Shown in pieces: positions 27,427 to 36,839 of a stretch of 64,000 nucleotides of DNA. Below the pieces are notes generated by a model. It did no database searches. It was not told the DNA's origin and saw only the letters and a list, made by a program, of their open reading frames with translations. A program made the position numbers and the translations under genes. Numbering within the stretch: the first letter of the stretch is position 1; every line of letters starts with the position of its first letter. Origin of the DNA: an uncultured Flavobacteriales bacterium (GTDB lineage Bacteria > Bacteroidota > Bacteroidia > CAIKAF01); contig CAILUT010000005.1 in assembly GCA_903837495.1 (NCBI GenBank), forward strand, positions 43,782 through 107,781, in the 5' to 3' direction.

Positions 27427-28830
27427 ATGCAAAGCTTTCAGGTTGTTGTAATCGGGTCAGGACCTGGCGGATATGTCGCTGCCATCCGTTGTGCTCAGTT
27501 GGGTTTAAAAACCGCGTTGATCGAAAAATATGCTACCCTAGGCGGCACCTGCCTGAATGTTGGCTGTATTCCATCAAAAGCCTTGCTTGACAGTTCAGAA
27601 CATTATTACAATGCCAGCCACACCTTCGCCGAGCACGGCATTGAGCTGAGCAACCTGAAAGTCAATTTTGCACAAATGATTGCGCGCAAAAATGAGGTGG
27701 TTAGCCAAACCAGTGGAGGGATTTCGGGTCTCATGAAAAAAAACGGAGTTGCCGTTTTTCAGGGAACAGGCTCCTTTAAAGCCAAAGGCACCATACTGCT
27801 TACCGCCAACGACGGCAGCCAAATCGATTTGAATTACGAAAAAGCCATAATTGCTACGGGATCCAAACCCGCTGGCCTTCCGGGCATTGAACCCGACAAA
27901 AAACGCATCATCACCTCGACCGAAGCCTTGAATCTAAAAGAAGTTCCCAGCCATTTGTTGGTTATTGGAGGAGGAGCCATTGGATTAGAAATGGGTTCTG
28001 TTTATGCCCGATTGGGGGCAAAGGTTAGCATTGTTGAATTTGCAGACCGGCTAATTCCGGGCTTTGACGGCACTATGAGCAAAGATTTAACCCGGGTAAT
28101 GAAAAAATTGGGTGCCGAAGTATTCACCGAAACCCGCGTAACCTCTGTAAAAAATACCGGGAAACAGGTTCTGGTTACCGCCGAAAACAAAAAAGGGGAA
28201 GCCCTTGAATGGAAGGTGTCCTACTGCCTAGTTTCCGTAGGCCGAAAACCTTACACCGAAGGATTGAACCTGGCTTCTGTTGGCCTGAGTACCGACGACC
28301 GTGGGCGGATTCCTGTCAACGATCACTTGCAAACGGCCGACCCAAATATTTACGCTATTGGCGATGTGGTGCGCGGTGCTATGCTTGCACACAAAGCCGA
28401 AGAAGAAGGCATGCTCGCCGCCGAATTGATTTCTGGACAGCAACCCCACATCAATTACTTGCTGATTCCAAATGTAGTATATACCTGGCCGGAGGTCGCC
28501 TCCGTAGGTCATACAGAAGAGGAATTGAAGGCGTCTGGCCGTGCATACAAAGTGGGTAGTTTTCCCTTCCGGGCCAGCGGTCGAGCACGAGCCAGCATGG
28601 ATTTAGATGGGCAGGTAAAGGTGCTTGCCGACAAAAACAACGATGAAATACTGGGTGTTCACATTATCGGCCCCCGTGCCGCAGACATGATTGCAGAAGC
28701 TGTAGTTGCAATGGAATATCGAGCTACCGCCGAAGACATTGCTCGAATAAGCCACGCCCACCCTACTTATACTGAAGCCTTTAAAGAAGCTTGCTTGGCG
28801 GCCACAGACAACAGAGCTATTCACATCTGA
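27427..28830 (+). CDS. lpdA: dihydrolipoyl dehydrogenase
   Basis: FQVVVIGSGPGGYVAAIRCAQLG, redox-active GGTCLNVGCIPSK, C-terminal HAHPT motif. 467 aa. Confidence 0.9.
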   Translation: MQSFQVVVIGSGPGGYVAAIRCAQLGLKTALIEKYATLGGTCLNVGCIPSKALLDSSEHYYNASHTFAEHGIELSNLKVNFAQMIARKNEVVSQTSGGISGLMKKNGVAVFQGTGSFKAKGTILLTANDGSQIDLNYEKAIIATGSKPAGLPGIEPDKKRIITSTEALNLKEVPSHLLVIGGGAIGLEMGSVYARLGAKVSIVEFADRLIPGFDGTMSKDLTRVMKKLGAEVFTETRVTSVKNTGKQVLVTAENKKGEALEWKVSYCLVSVGRKPYTEGLNLASVGLSTDDRGRIPVNDHLQTADPNIYAIGDVVRGAMLAHKAEEEGMLAAELISGQQPHINYLLIPNVVYTWPEVASVGHTEEELKASGRAYKVGSFPFRASGRARASMDLDGQVKVLADKNNDEILGVHIIGPRAADMIAEAVVAMEYRATAEDIARISHAHPTYTEAFKEACLAATDNRAIHI

Positions 28831-29057
28831 TACTTTTGCCCTATCCGCTTTTCAGTGCGTTGGGGATTTGCCTCTTCCAACAACATGCATATTCGGCTCA
28901 AACTAGCAGCTAGCTGAACCAAATGCCTTTGCAAAACAGGGGGGGCACTGACCTTTGTTGAAAAATAATGGTACATTTACTCCATTCTCCCTAGCAACAC
29001 GGCTTTCGAGGTTTCCGAGCGAAAAGAAAGTTCGACAAACATCAAACAGTACTTCCT

Positions 29058-29228
29058 TATGTTTAAGAAATTTTCACTCACCGACAAATTGCTGTTCATT
29101 TCAGCCAGCCTTTCCTTGGTATATTCTGAAATCCTTTTCTTTAATGGAAATACCAACGAAGCAATATTTGTAGGAATATGGGTTCCCAGCATCCTCGCCT
29201 TTGGAATTTATTTGAAATTAATAAATAA
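29058..29228 (+). CDS. small hydrophobic ORF (56 aa), hypothetical
   Basis: MFKKFSLTDKLLFISASLSLVYSEILFFNGNTNEAIFVGIWVPSILAFGIYLKLNK is not in the ORF track (<60 aa). Two predicted TM helices in an AT-rich islet. Confidence 0.25.
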
Positions 29229-29230
29229 AA

Positions 29231-29341
29231 ATGACTGAATTCATCCCTTATTTTGCTGGAGTTATTACTCTAATTTTTGGAGTTGCCTTTAGCTATTCGA
29301 TTACCGACGGATGGAATTTCAAAAGAAAAAAAAAGGAATAA
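29231..29341 (+). CDS. small hydrophobic ORF (36 aa), hypothetical
   Basis: MTEFIPYFAGVITLIFGVAFSYSITDGWNFKRKKKE has a single TM helix plus a basic tail. Confidence 0.2.
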   Translation: MTEFIPYFAGVITLIFGVAFSYSITDGWNFKRKKKE

Positions 29342-29440
29342 TTGCCCTGCTTGGAAAATTGTGGATTGATGGTATAGCTTAATTTAAAAAAAAAATAACG
29401 GGTTAAAAAATAAAACGAATCACTTTAATTAAATTTCAAA

Positions 29441-29791
29441 ATGAACATCTATATTCCATCTATACTTCAGCTTGCCGTAGGATTGTCGGTTATTTACGTT
29501 TGGGTTTTTCGATATGACAATGTCGTTTTGGAGTTCAAACAATTTGGTTTAAGTGATATAACGAGAAATGCGGTGGGGGCGTCAAAAACCATATTGTCAA
29601 CCTTGCTTATCGTTGGGATTTGGAAAACCGACTTGGTTTTCCTGTCGGCAATACTGATGGGGGGCTTTATGTTGGCAGCACAATATTTTCATTTTAAAGT
29701 GAATAACCCCCTCGCCAAACGCATCCCTTCTCTGGTCTTTTTGTTTTTATCGGCAATTATTGCCCTGAATCCGTTTCAATATTTGAAATGA
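29441..29791 (+). CDS. DoxX-like small membrane protein
   Basis: 116 aa, 3-4 TM helices. Tandem paralog follows with a 4-nt overlap. Confidence 0.45.
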   Translation: MNIYIPSILQLAVGLSVIYVWVFRYDNVVLEFKQFGLSDITRNAVGASKTILSTLLIVGIWKTDLVFLSAILMGGFMLAAQYFHFKVNNPLAKRIPSLVFLFLSAIIALNPFQYLK

Positions 29792-30138
29792 CAATTCAGT
29801 TTGTTTGCGTTTTAATATCAGCTGTATCTTTTTATTTCTACGGGGCCGCTTATTTTCTATCGCCGCACATAAAAGCGGAATTTAGGAGATTCAAACTGGA
29901 GCGAATAGGGGTTCTGGTGGTAGGGTTGGAATTGCTGGGCGCCACGGGTTTATTGGTGGGCCTCAAATACAATCCGCTGCTCATGGCTTCGTCTTTGGGC
30001 CTTGGGGTGTTGATGTTGTGCGGCTTAATCGTTCGCATCAAGTTTAAGGACAGCTTTTTGATTTCCATTCCAGCCTTTTTTTTCATGATTTTAAACTTTT
30101 TCATTTTTTTTCAAACCCTTAAATTTCAAAGTCCCTAA
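29788..30138 (+). CDS. DoxX-like small membrane protein (tandem paralog)
   Basis: 116 aa, 4 TM helices, same length as its neighbour. Confidence 0.45.
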   Translation: MTIQFVCVLISAVSFYFYGAAYFLSPHIKAEFRRFKLERIGVLVVGLELLGATGLLVGLKYNPLLMASSLGLGVLMLCGLIVRIKFKDSFLISIPAFFFMILNFFIFFQTLKFQSP

Positions 30139-30421
30139 CCTGCAATTCGTACAAAGGGACGGGGATTCGTTTAGGCTTTATGGATTGGCTGCAACCGTTT
30201 TTTCGAGGGGGCTAAAATACAGCCGCCGCTCTAATGCAACGGAGGAAATCGTGGATAAACATTGAACCTGTTTTTAGATGCGGTTGGGTTTTTAGGAACA
30301 AAGGGAACCCCTCCGATTCAAATAACACCACCTCGAAATCAGGTCAAAGAATCTTATCTGAAAAAATGGCCGCTTATCATTTGGCATTATGTCCGTATCG
30401 CATTATATTTGCCCCGTCAAT

Positions 30422-30492
30422 TGCCCGATCGTCTAACGGTAGGACAGCAGTTTTTGGTACTGTTTGTGGTGGTTCGAATCCATCTCGGGCAA
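30422..30492 (+). tRNA. tRNA-Gln (anticodon UUG)
   Basis: Hand-folded: acceptor TGCCCGA/TCGGGCA, D-arm GTCT-AACGGTA-GGAC, anticodon stem GCAGT/ACTGT with loop TTTTGGT (U33, UUG), 4-nt variable loop, T-arm GGTGG-TTCGAAT-CCATC, discriminator A. CCA is not encoded. Confidence 0.8.
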
Positions 30493-30496
30493 CATT

Positions 30497-30524
30497 AGCG
30501 CTCTTCGGGGCGCTTTTTTTATGT
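30497..30524 (+). terminator. rho-independent terminator after tRNA-Gln
   Basis: AGCGC-TCTTCGGG-GCGCT hairpin followed by TTTTTTT. Confidence 0.6.
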
Positions 30525-30626
30525 CGTGCGTTGAGGCATCACCCAGCCACTTAACCTATTCATAACAGACTGCGTTCCGGTGGCTCTTCGGTTTTTTTTG
30601 TAATTTCAACCCAAATAAAAATTCCA

Positions 30627-33600
30627 ATGCTTCGATTGCTATTTCTAAGCTTTCTTTTGCCCATCAGTCTGTTCGCCCAAACCGACACGGAATTTTGGTT
30701 TGTGGCCCCCGAGGTTCAGCAAAGCCATGGCGACCGGCCCATCACCGTTCGTTTGTCCACCTCGCAGCAAGCGGCCACGGTACAAATTACCATGCCCATC
30801 AATCCGGGATTTCCTCCGATCAACGCAGTAATTCCCCCCAATACTACCAATTCCTTCGATTTAACCACTTGGGTGGATTTGCTGGAGAACAAACCCGCCG
30901 ACGTGGTCCTTGACAAAGCCCTGCGCATTGTTTCAAGCGCACCGATTACGGCCTATTATGAGGTGGTTACTTCCTGCAACTGCAATCCCGACATTTTCAC
31001 CTTAAAAGGCCGAAACGCCTTGGGCACTTCTTTTATGCTTCCTTTTCAAACCTTCCTGAACAATGGAGTAGGAAATGCCTGGAGCGGATTTGATATTGTG
31101 GCAACCCAGCCCAATACCAGCATTACCATAACTCCCACCGCCGCCATTGTAGGCCATCCGGCGGGCGTGCCCTTCACCATCAACCTAAACATGGGCGAAA
31201 CTTGGAGTGGAGTATCCACATCACAGAGTTTTACTCAGCGGCCCAGCGGAACAACAATTAGTTCAGACAAGCCCATAGCAGTTACCATCAAAGACGACTC
31301 CATGAATGGAGGTGTTTACGGCGGGTGTGCCGACCTGATGGGCGACCAAATGGTTCCTATTCCATTGCTCGGCACCGACTACATTACCATCAAAGGCTAT
31401 TTGAATGGTCCCGACCGGGTTTTTGTAATGGCAACCCAAAACAACACCCAAGTAACCATTGATGGAACCGTTGTAGGAACCATCAATGCTGGGCAAAGCT
31501 ATACCCACGTTCAATCGGCCAACACTGCCTTTATTCAGGCCAGCTTGCCGGTGTACGTCTTGCATACCACAGGTTTTGGCTGCGAAGTGGGGGGAGCCGT
31601 TCTACCGACCATTATTTGCACTGGCAGCCAGCAAATTGGTTTTACCCGAAGTACCACCGAATTTTTTGCCTTAAATTTAATGGTGAAAGCCGGGGGTGAA
31701 GGCAATTTTACCTTAAACGGCAATCCCACCCTCATTACCTCAGGCAATTTTGCACCTGTTCCCGGCTCCAATGGCGCATGGATGTATGCCCAAATTCAAT
31801 TTAACACCAACAACATCCCCCAAGGCCAGGCAAGCCTCATTGCCAATTCTTCTCATTTGTTCCACATGGGGGTGATCAACGGCGGAGCTTCTTCCGGTTG
31901 CCGGTACGGGTATTTCTCCGACTATTCAGCCTATCAATTTGACGCCAGCTCTACCACCGATTCAATCTGCCAAGGAGGTAACCTCATTTTGAGTGCCAAT
32001 TCTTTGGGCGGGGCCAATTATCAGTGGACCGGTCCAAACAATTATTCAAGTTCCAACCAAATCGATACGCTATTCAATGTAAATCCGTCGATTTCAGGAC
32101 TGTATCATTTGACGGGTTCGGTTGGAGCCTGCCCTGTGATTTCCGATAGTATATTGGTGTTTATTCAGCAAACGCCTGCCCCTGCGGTGGCCGCTCCCCT
32201 GGGGCCTGTTTGTGCTGGCGACACGGCATTTCTTTCGGCTACTGGCCCATTGGGTGCGTCGTATCAGTGGTCTGGGCCAAACAACTTTCAATCTACAGGT
32301 CAACAAACCCAAGTTGTTGGGATTCTGTCTCCCCAATCTGGTTGGTACACTGTGATTCCAGTCATTAATGGGTGCCCCGGCAGCAGCGATCAGGTATGGG
32401 TTTCGGTTGATTCTGTCGCCCTTAATCCCCAGGTTGTTTCGCCTGTATGCAACAACGGGAGTACGGGCAGCATTCTATTGAATGTACAAAGCGGCATATC
32501 TCCTTTTACCTTTGCTTGGAACGGGAATTTACCTCCGGTTTCTCAACAATCCAATTTGGTTCCAGGCACCTATACCGTTTTGGTAACCGATTCGAACGGC
32601 TGCACGGCAACTTTTTCGACAACCCTTTCTAACCCTGCCCCCATCAACGTTTCTTTAAATGCCAGCCCTGCTACCTGTCCCAGTTCTGCCGATGGAAGCC
32701 TTCAAGCTCAAACGGGAGGCGGTACCGGCCCCCTTTCCTTTCAATGGAGCCATGGCCCAACGGTTCAAAATCCAGCCCCTGTTTCAGGTGGTTGGTATTT
32801 TTTAACCACCACCGACAGCAACGGTTGTCAAAGAACAGATTCGGTTTTGGTGCCGGCACCGCCCATGCTAACCGCCGCTTTCGATTCTGTTTTGCCGCCT
32901 CTGTGCTTTGGGAATTCAAACGGCTTCCTTTCACTTTTGGCCAGCGGTGGCCCCGGCGGATTTAACTACCAATGGATTGGTAGCGGCTATTCTCAAGCTA
33001 GTCAAGGGGGCTTGGCCGCGGGGAATTACCAAATTGTACTGACCGATGGCCTTGGCTGCGACACGCTTATTTTAGACACCAGCCTTATTTCTCCGCCCCC
33101 GGTGGTTGTAACGGCTGCGGGCCCCAACCCGATTTGCCAAGGCATCCCCTTTTTGCTAACGGCAACGGGTGGTCAATCTTATCTTTGGGCAGGAGGCAGC
33201 ATCAACGGAACGGGTGGCGACAGCGTATTTACCAGCCTGCAACAAAACACGACCTTCTCTGTAATTGGCTCGGTTGGTCCTTGTGCCGATACCGCCCAGG
33301 TTTCCGTTTCGGTATTGCCCCGTCCTCAGGCCGACGTCCAATGGCAAGGAGCTTGTGTAAACGATACGCTTTGGCTCGATGCCAGTGGCAGCCAAGTGGG
33401 CAATCCAGCTCAACTGCAACAGTGGTTTTGGGATTTGAATGAAGATGACCAAAACGATGCCCAACAAATTGCAATTGGCCATGTGTTTTCTGCGCCGGGG
33501 TCCCCGATTGTTCGGCTGATTGTGGTAGCCGACAATGGCTGCATTGACACCCTTCATGTGCCGGTGGCGGTTCACCCACTTCCCTTTTCCGCATTTGTTC

Positions 33601-34361
33601 CGGTTGTGGTTTGTTATGGACAAATTTTCCAGCCTCAAAACTCCAGCACCATATCTTCAGGGAACCTTAGTTCGTTTTTATGGAGCTTTGGAGACGGAGG
33701 CAGCGGCAGCGGACAAAGTCCAAGCTATACCTATTCAGATACCGGTTGGTTTCAGGTTCAACTGATCGCCGAATCGGATCAAGGTTGCTTAGATACGGTC
33801 CAGTCTAACATCTATGTTTCTCCGGGGCCCGAAGTCGCCGCCAATGTAGTTCCCGGTTGTTTTGGCTTGGTTGAATTTAGCTTGCAGCAAATCCATGGAG
33901 ACTCCTTGGTAAATCCTGTAACCTGGAATACGGGCGAGAACACTCAAACAACGGGGAATCCTATAAACTACACCTATCAAGGGGGGCCTGGCAGCTATCC
34001 TGTGCAAGCTTTTGTGTTTGATGTAAACGGATGCCGAGGCGAAGCCAACACCACCGCCGAGGTGCCCGACACCAAAACCTGGGAAGACATTTCGTTTCCA
34101 AATGTGCTGACTTCCAATGGCGATGGCCTCAACGATGAACTCGTTTTTGATTCGGACATTGAAAATTGTTCGCCCTATTTGGTCTGGGTATTTAACCGCT
34201 GGGGCCGGCTGGTTTTTGAGGGCAGTTCTGGGGGCAGCATTTTCCGGGGCTTTACCCAAGACGGGGCTAAGCTGGAAGATGGCGTATATCAGTACATTGT
34301 ACGGGCTGCAGATGGCTCCTTCGAGCGGGTTAGCATCCTGTCCCTGTTTGGACAGCCTTAA
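30627..34361 (+). CDS. large T9SS type-B (gliding motility-associated) C-terminal domain adhesin with multiple Ig-like/PKD-like repeats
   Basis: 1244 aa with signal peptide. Repeated about 80-aa CxxGxxxL...GPNNY/SGPNNF Ig-like modules. C-terminus NGDGLNDELVFDSDIENCSPYLVWVFNRWGRLVFEG matches the TIGR04131-type CTD. Confidence 0.75.
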   Translation: MLRLLFLSFLLPISLFAQTDTEFWFVAPEVQQSHGDRPITVRLSTSQQAATVQITMPINPGFPPINAVIPPNTTNSFDLTTWVDLLENKPADVVLDKALRIVSSAPITAYYEVVTSCNCNPDIFTLKGRNALGTSFMLPFQTFLNNGVGNAWSGFDIVATQPNTSITITPTAAIVGHPAGVPFTINLNMGETWSGVSTSQSFTQRPSGTTISSDKPIAVTIKDDSMNGGVYGGCADLMGDQMVPIPLLGTDYITIKGYLNGPDRVFVMATQNNTQVTIDGTVVGTINAGQSYTHVQSANTAFIQASLPVYVLHTTGFGCEVGGAVLPTIICTGSQQIGFTRSTTEFFALNLMVKAGGEGNFTLNGNPTLITSGNFAPVPGSNGAWMYAQIQFNTNNIPQGQASLIANSSHLFHMGVINGGASSGCRYGYFSDYSAYQFDASSTTDSICQGGNLILSANSLGGANYQWTGPNNYSSSNQIDTLFNVNPSISGLYHLTGSVGACPVISDSILVFIQQTPAPAVAAPLGPVCAGDTAFLSATGPLGASYQWSGPNNFQSTGQQTQVVGILSPQSGWYTVIPVINGCPGSSDQVWVSVDSVALNPQVVSPVCNNGSTGSILLNVQSGISPFTFAWNGNLPPVSQQSNLVPGTYTVLVTDSNGCTATFSTTLSNPAPINVSLNASPATCPSSADGSLQAQTGGGTGPLSFQWSHGPTVQNPAPVSGGWYFLTTTDSNGCQRTDSVLVPAPPMLTAAFDSVLPPLCFGNSNGFLSLLASGGPGGFNYQWIGSGYSQASQGGLAAGNYQIVLTDGLGCDTLILDTSLISPPPVVVTAAGPNPICQGIPFLLTATGGQSYLWAGGSINGTGGDSVFTSLQQNTTFSVIGSVGPCADTAQVSVSVLPRPQADVQWQGACVNDTLWLDASGSQVGNPAQLQQWFWDLNEDDQNDAQQIAIGHVFSAPGSPIVRLIVVADNGCIDTLHVPVAVHPLPFSAFVPVVVCYGQIFQPQNSSTISSGNLSSFLWSFGDGGSGSGQSPSYTYSDTGWFQVQLIAESDQGCLDTVQSNIYVSPGPEVAANVVPGCFGLVEFSLQQIHGDSLVNPVTWNTGENTQTTGNPINYTYQGGPGSYPVQAFVFDVNGCRGEANTTAEVPDTKTWEDISFPNVLTSNGDGLNDELVFDSDIENCSPYLVWVFNRWGRLVFEGSSGGSIFRGFTQDGAKLEDGVYQYIVRAADGSFERVSILSLFGQP

Positions 34362-34372
34362 ACAAAAACACG

Positions 34373-35488
34373 TTAATTGATCAATTCAATGACCACCCGC
34401 CGATTCAGGTAGCGGCCTTCTGGGCTGCTGTTGTCGGCTGCGGGTCGATGTGGGCCAAACCATTGTGTTAATATTCGGGCAGGGGTTAGGCCGCATCGAA
34501 TCAGGTAGTTCTTGACTTCCAGGGTTCTCAATTCCGACAAATTTAGGTTGTAATCGTTCCCTCCAACGCTGTCGGTATGGCCGCCAAGCATAATCCTTAA
34601 TCGAGGATTTTGATTCAAGTGCAGCAACAATTTTTTTAATCGGGCTTCCATGTCGGGAGACAAATCAAAGTGGTCGTGATCAAAATGAATCCGAGTCATC
34701 AGGTCTAGGTCTTCGGCTTGGGTTCTTAAATCAACTTGCAAGGCCCTACTCAAAGGCTCCAACGAAACATCATCCAACAAATAATACGCACGCTGCCGAG
34801 TGTTGTACAACAGGTCCAAAATGTTGCTTCCGGTGGTTCCTCTATCCAGTTTAGGTGTTTCACGGTCATCCCTAAAATTCCCGATGGTCAAGTATTGCAG
34901 GGGTTCTCGAGCAACTAAGGTATCTTGAATTAACACCCACCGGTCGGCCCGCTCCAAGACCTCTTTAAATTCTATTTGAGGAATAAGCTTAAGTCGTTTG
35001 TATGAATCTTGCTTTATCGGTTGTGCTGAAAAATAAAAGCCGAGATTTCCGGCAGCAACCGGACTGTTTTTGTGGAGCCTAATCCAGGCTTTTAGCAGGT
35101 ATGATTCTCCCGGCACCAAAGCCGCCGCCAAATGGGTTTGAATATACTCCCTCCAGGCCCCATGTGGCGGGCTTATTCCGTAGGTAAAAATGCCCACCAT
35201 GCTTTGCCCCCGGTGGGCAGAAACGCCCACGATGTTGCTTCCTGAGCCGCAATAGTTGGGGCATTGTTCGTTTTGGAAAGAGGTAAACACGTCGGCGGTA
35301 GTGAAGGTCGGCAGCGTCCAATTATTGATGTTAAATTCATTCAATCGGGCCACCCATCCACAGGGAATTTCGCCTTTAAAAACCTCAAACCCGCCGTTAT
35401 ACACTAGATTTTGGCTTCGCAGGCCAGAGGCTATGCCAAAAAAGAAAAGGTATCGGCAGCTTTTTATCCAAGAAAAGGACACCATCAT
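34373..35488 (-). CDS. OmpA family protein
   Basis: C-terminal OmpA_C-like domain (IMLGGHTDSVGGNDYNLNLSELRTLEVKNYLI...NRRVVIELI). Signal peptide. Confidence 0.7.
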   Translation of the reverse strand: MMVSFSWIKSCRYLFFFGIASGLRSQNLVYNGGFEVFKGEIPCGWVARLNEFNINNWTLPTFTTADVFTSFQNEQCPNYCGSGSNIVGVSAHRGQSMVGIFTYGISPPHGAWREYIQTHLAAALVPGESYLLKAWIRLHKNSPVAAGNLGFYFSAQPIKQDSYKRLKLIPQIEFKEVLERADRWVLIQDTLVAREPLQYLTIGNFRDDRETPKLDRGTTGSNILDLLYNTRQRAYYLLDDVSLEPLSRALQVDLRTQAEDLDLMTRIHFDHDHFDLSPDMEARLKKLLLHLNQNPRLRIMLGGHTDSVGGNDYNLNLSELRTLEVKNYLIRCGLTPARILTQWFGPHRPAADNSSPEGRYLNRRVVIELIN

Positions 35489-36411
35489 CGTCGGTATTCG
35501 GGTTGATTGCTGTCCAACATTTGAAGGTAATTTTTAAACCTGTCGGGGTGAATTTTACCCGATTCAACCCCTTCTATAACGGCACAACCAGGCTCATTGG
35601 TATGCAAGCAATTGGAATACTTGCATTCGTTTTTGAGTTGAAATATATCGGGGAAGAAATCGCCAATCTGCCCATCTTCCATATCGTAGAGTCCAAACTC
35701 TTTAATTCCTGGAGTGTCGATGATGCGTGTTTCTGTGTTCAGAAATAGCATTTCGGCGAAGGTGGTTGTGTGCTTCCCTTTTTTGTGTTTGTCAGACAAG
35801 CCTCCGGTTCTTAGGTCAAGGCTTGGAGACAAGGCATTAATCAAGGTGGATTTCCCTACTCCAGAATGGCCACAAACCAATGTGGTTTTTGATTCCAACC
35901 ATTTTTTCAGGTCTTCTATGCCTAGGCCTGTTTCTGCCGAGACTGAGAAAACAGGGTAAGGCAATTTTCGAAAATGAGATAAAAAGCGTTCGGCCTCGTC
36001 TAAGTGTTCTGGCCAAAGGTCGCATTTGTTAACCACAATGCAGGCCGGAATAGAATAGGCCTCGGCGGTCACCAAGATTCGATCGACAAAGCCTGTACTG
36101 GTCCGTGGGTGAAGAACAGAGGCTACCACCCAAAGTCCATCCAGATTGCTGGCCAGAATATGGGTTTGCTTGTCGAGCCGGGTCGACGTTCGGATTAGGT
36201 AATTTTTGCGTGCTTGAATTTCCTCTATGGTGTGGGGTTGTCCGGGTATGGGTTCCGACAATCGGACTAAATCGCCAACGGCAACGGGATTGGTATGCTT
36301 TAAGCCTTGCAAGCGCAACTTTCCTGCCAATTGAGCGGTTGTCATGCACTGGGCATGTGGCAGCCAGATTGAATAGTGGTTTCCAGTAGAACGAGTTACA
36401 ATCCCGTCCAT
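35485..36411 (-). CDS. rsgA: ribosome small subunit-dependent GTPase A
   Basis: Circularly permuted GTPase: VVNKCDL (G4) precedes GHSGVGKSTLIN (G1). C-terminal zinc-finger cysteines CLHTNEPGCAV. Start chosen at MDGIVTRSTG. Confidence 0.85.
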   Translation of the reverse strand: MDGIVTRSTGNHYSIWLPHAQCMTTAQLAGKLRLQGLKHTNPVAVGDLVRLSEPIPGQPHTIEEIQARKNYLIRTSTRLDKQTHILASNLDGLWVVASVLHPRTSTGFVDRILVTAEAYSIPACIVVNKCDLWPEHLDEAERFLSHFRKLPYPVFSVSAETGLGIEDLKKWLESKTTLVCGHSGVGKSTLINALSPSLDLRTGGLSDKHKKGKHTTTFAEMLFLNTETRIIDTPGIKEFGLYDMEDGQIGDFFPDIFQLKNECKYSNCLHTNEPGCAVIEGVESGKIHPDRFKNYLQMLDSNQPEYRR

Positions 36412-36830
36412 AAAGCTGTGCTGGGATAGGCAAATGCAATGTAGGTGAATAGACAAACACTGGCAAGCAAAACATAACCAAGCAAACTACCCAGCACACC
36501 TCCAATCAAATTGCCTGTTTTTCCGGTAAGCAAAAGAGTAAACAAAAGGTCAATCCCTAGGGCCAATCCCAACAAAGCTAGGGCCTGAAAAACCATAATT
36601 CCATTTAGGGTAATTTGCAGCCACAGGATTAGGCCCACGGTCAACCATGCAAAAATCCCCCCCAGCAATGCTGTCCAAAAGGACCTATACAAAGGCTGAT
36701 ATTCGGCCCATTGCAACAATGCGGCCCGAATAAGCACAAAGAGTAAAAAAGCAGAGCCGGCCAACAAGCCGTTCAGGGGGTCGTTTAAAAATGAATCAAA
36801 CTCCTCAAATAAAAGGGTGCTGGGCTTCAT
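36396..36830 (-). CDS. hypothetical polytopic membrane protein
   Basis: 144 aa, four hydrophobic helices. No recognised family. Confidence 0.4.
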   Translation of the reverse strand: MKPSTLLFEEFDSFLNDPLNGLLAGSAFLLFVLIRAALLQWAEYQPLYRSFWTALLGGIFAWLTVGLILWLQITLNGIMVFQALALLGLALGIDLLFTLLLTGKTGNLIGGVLGSLLGYVLLASVCLFTYIAFAYPSTALWTGL

Positions 36831-36839
36831 TCCTGCAAG

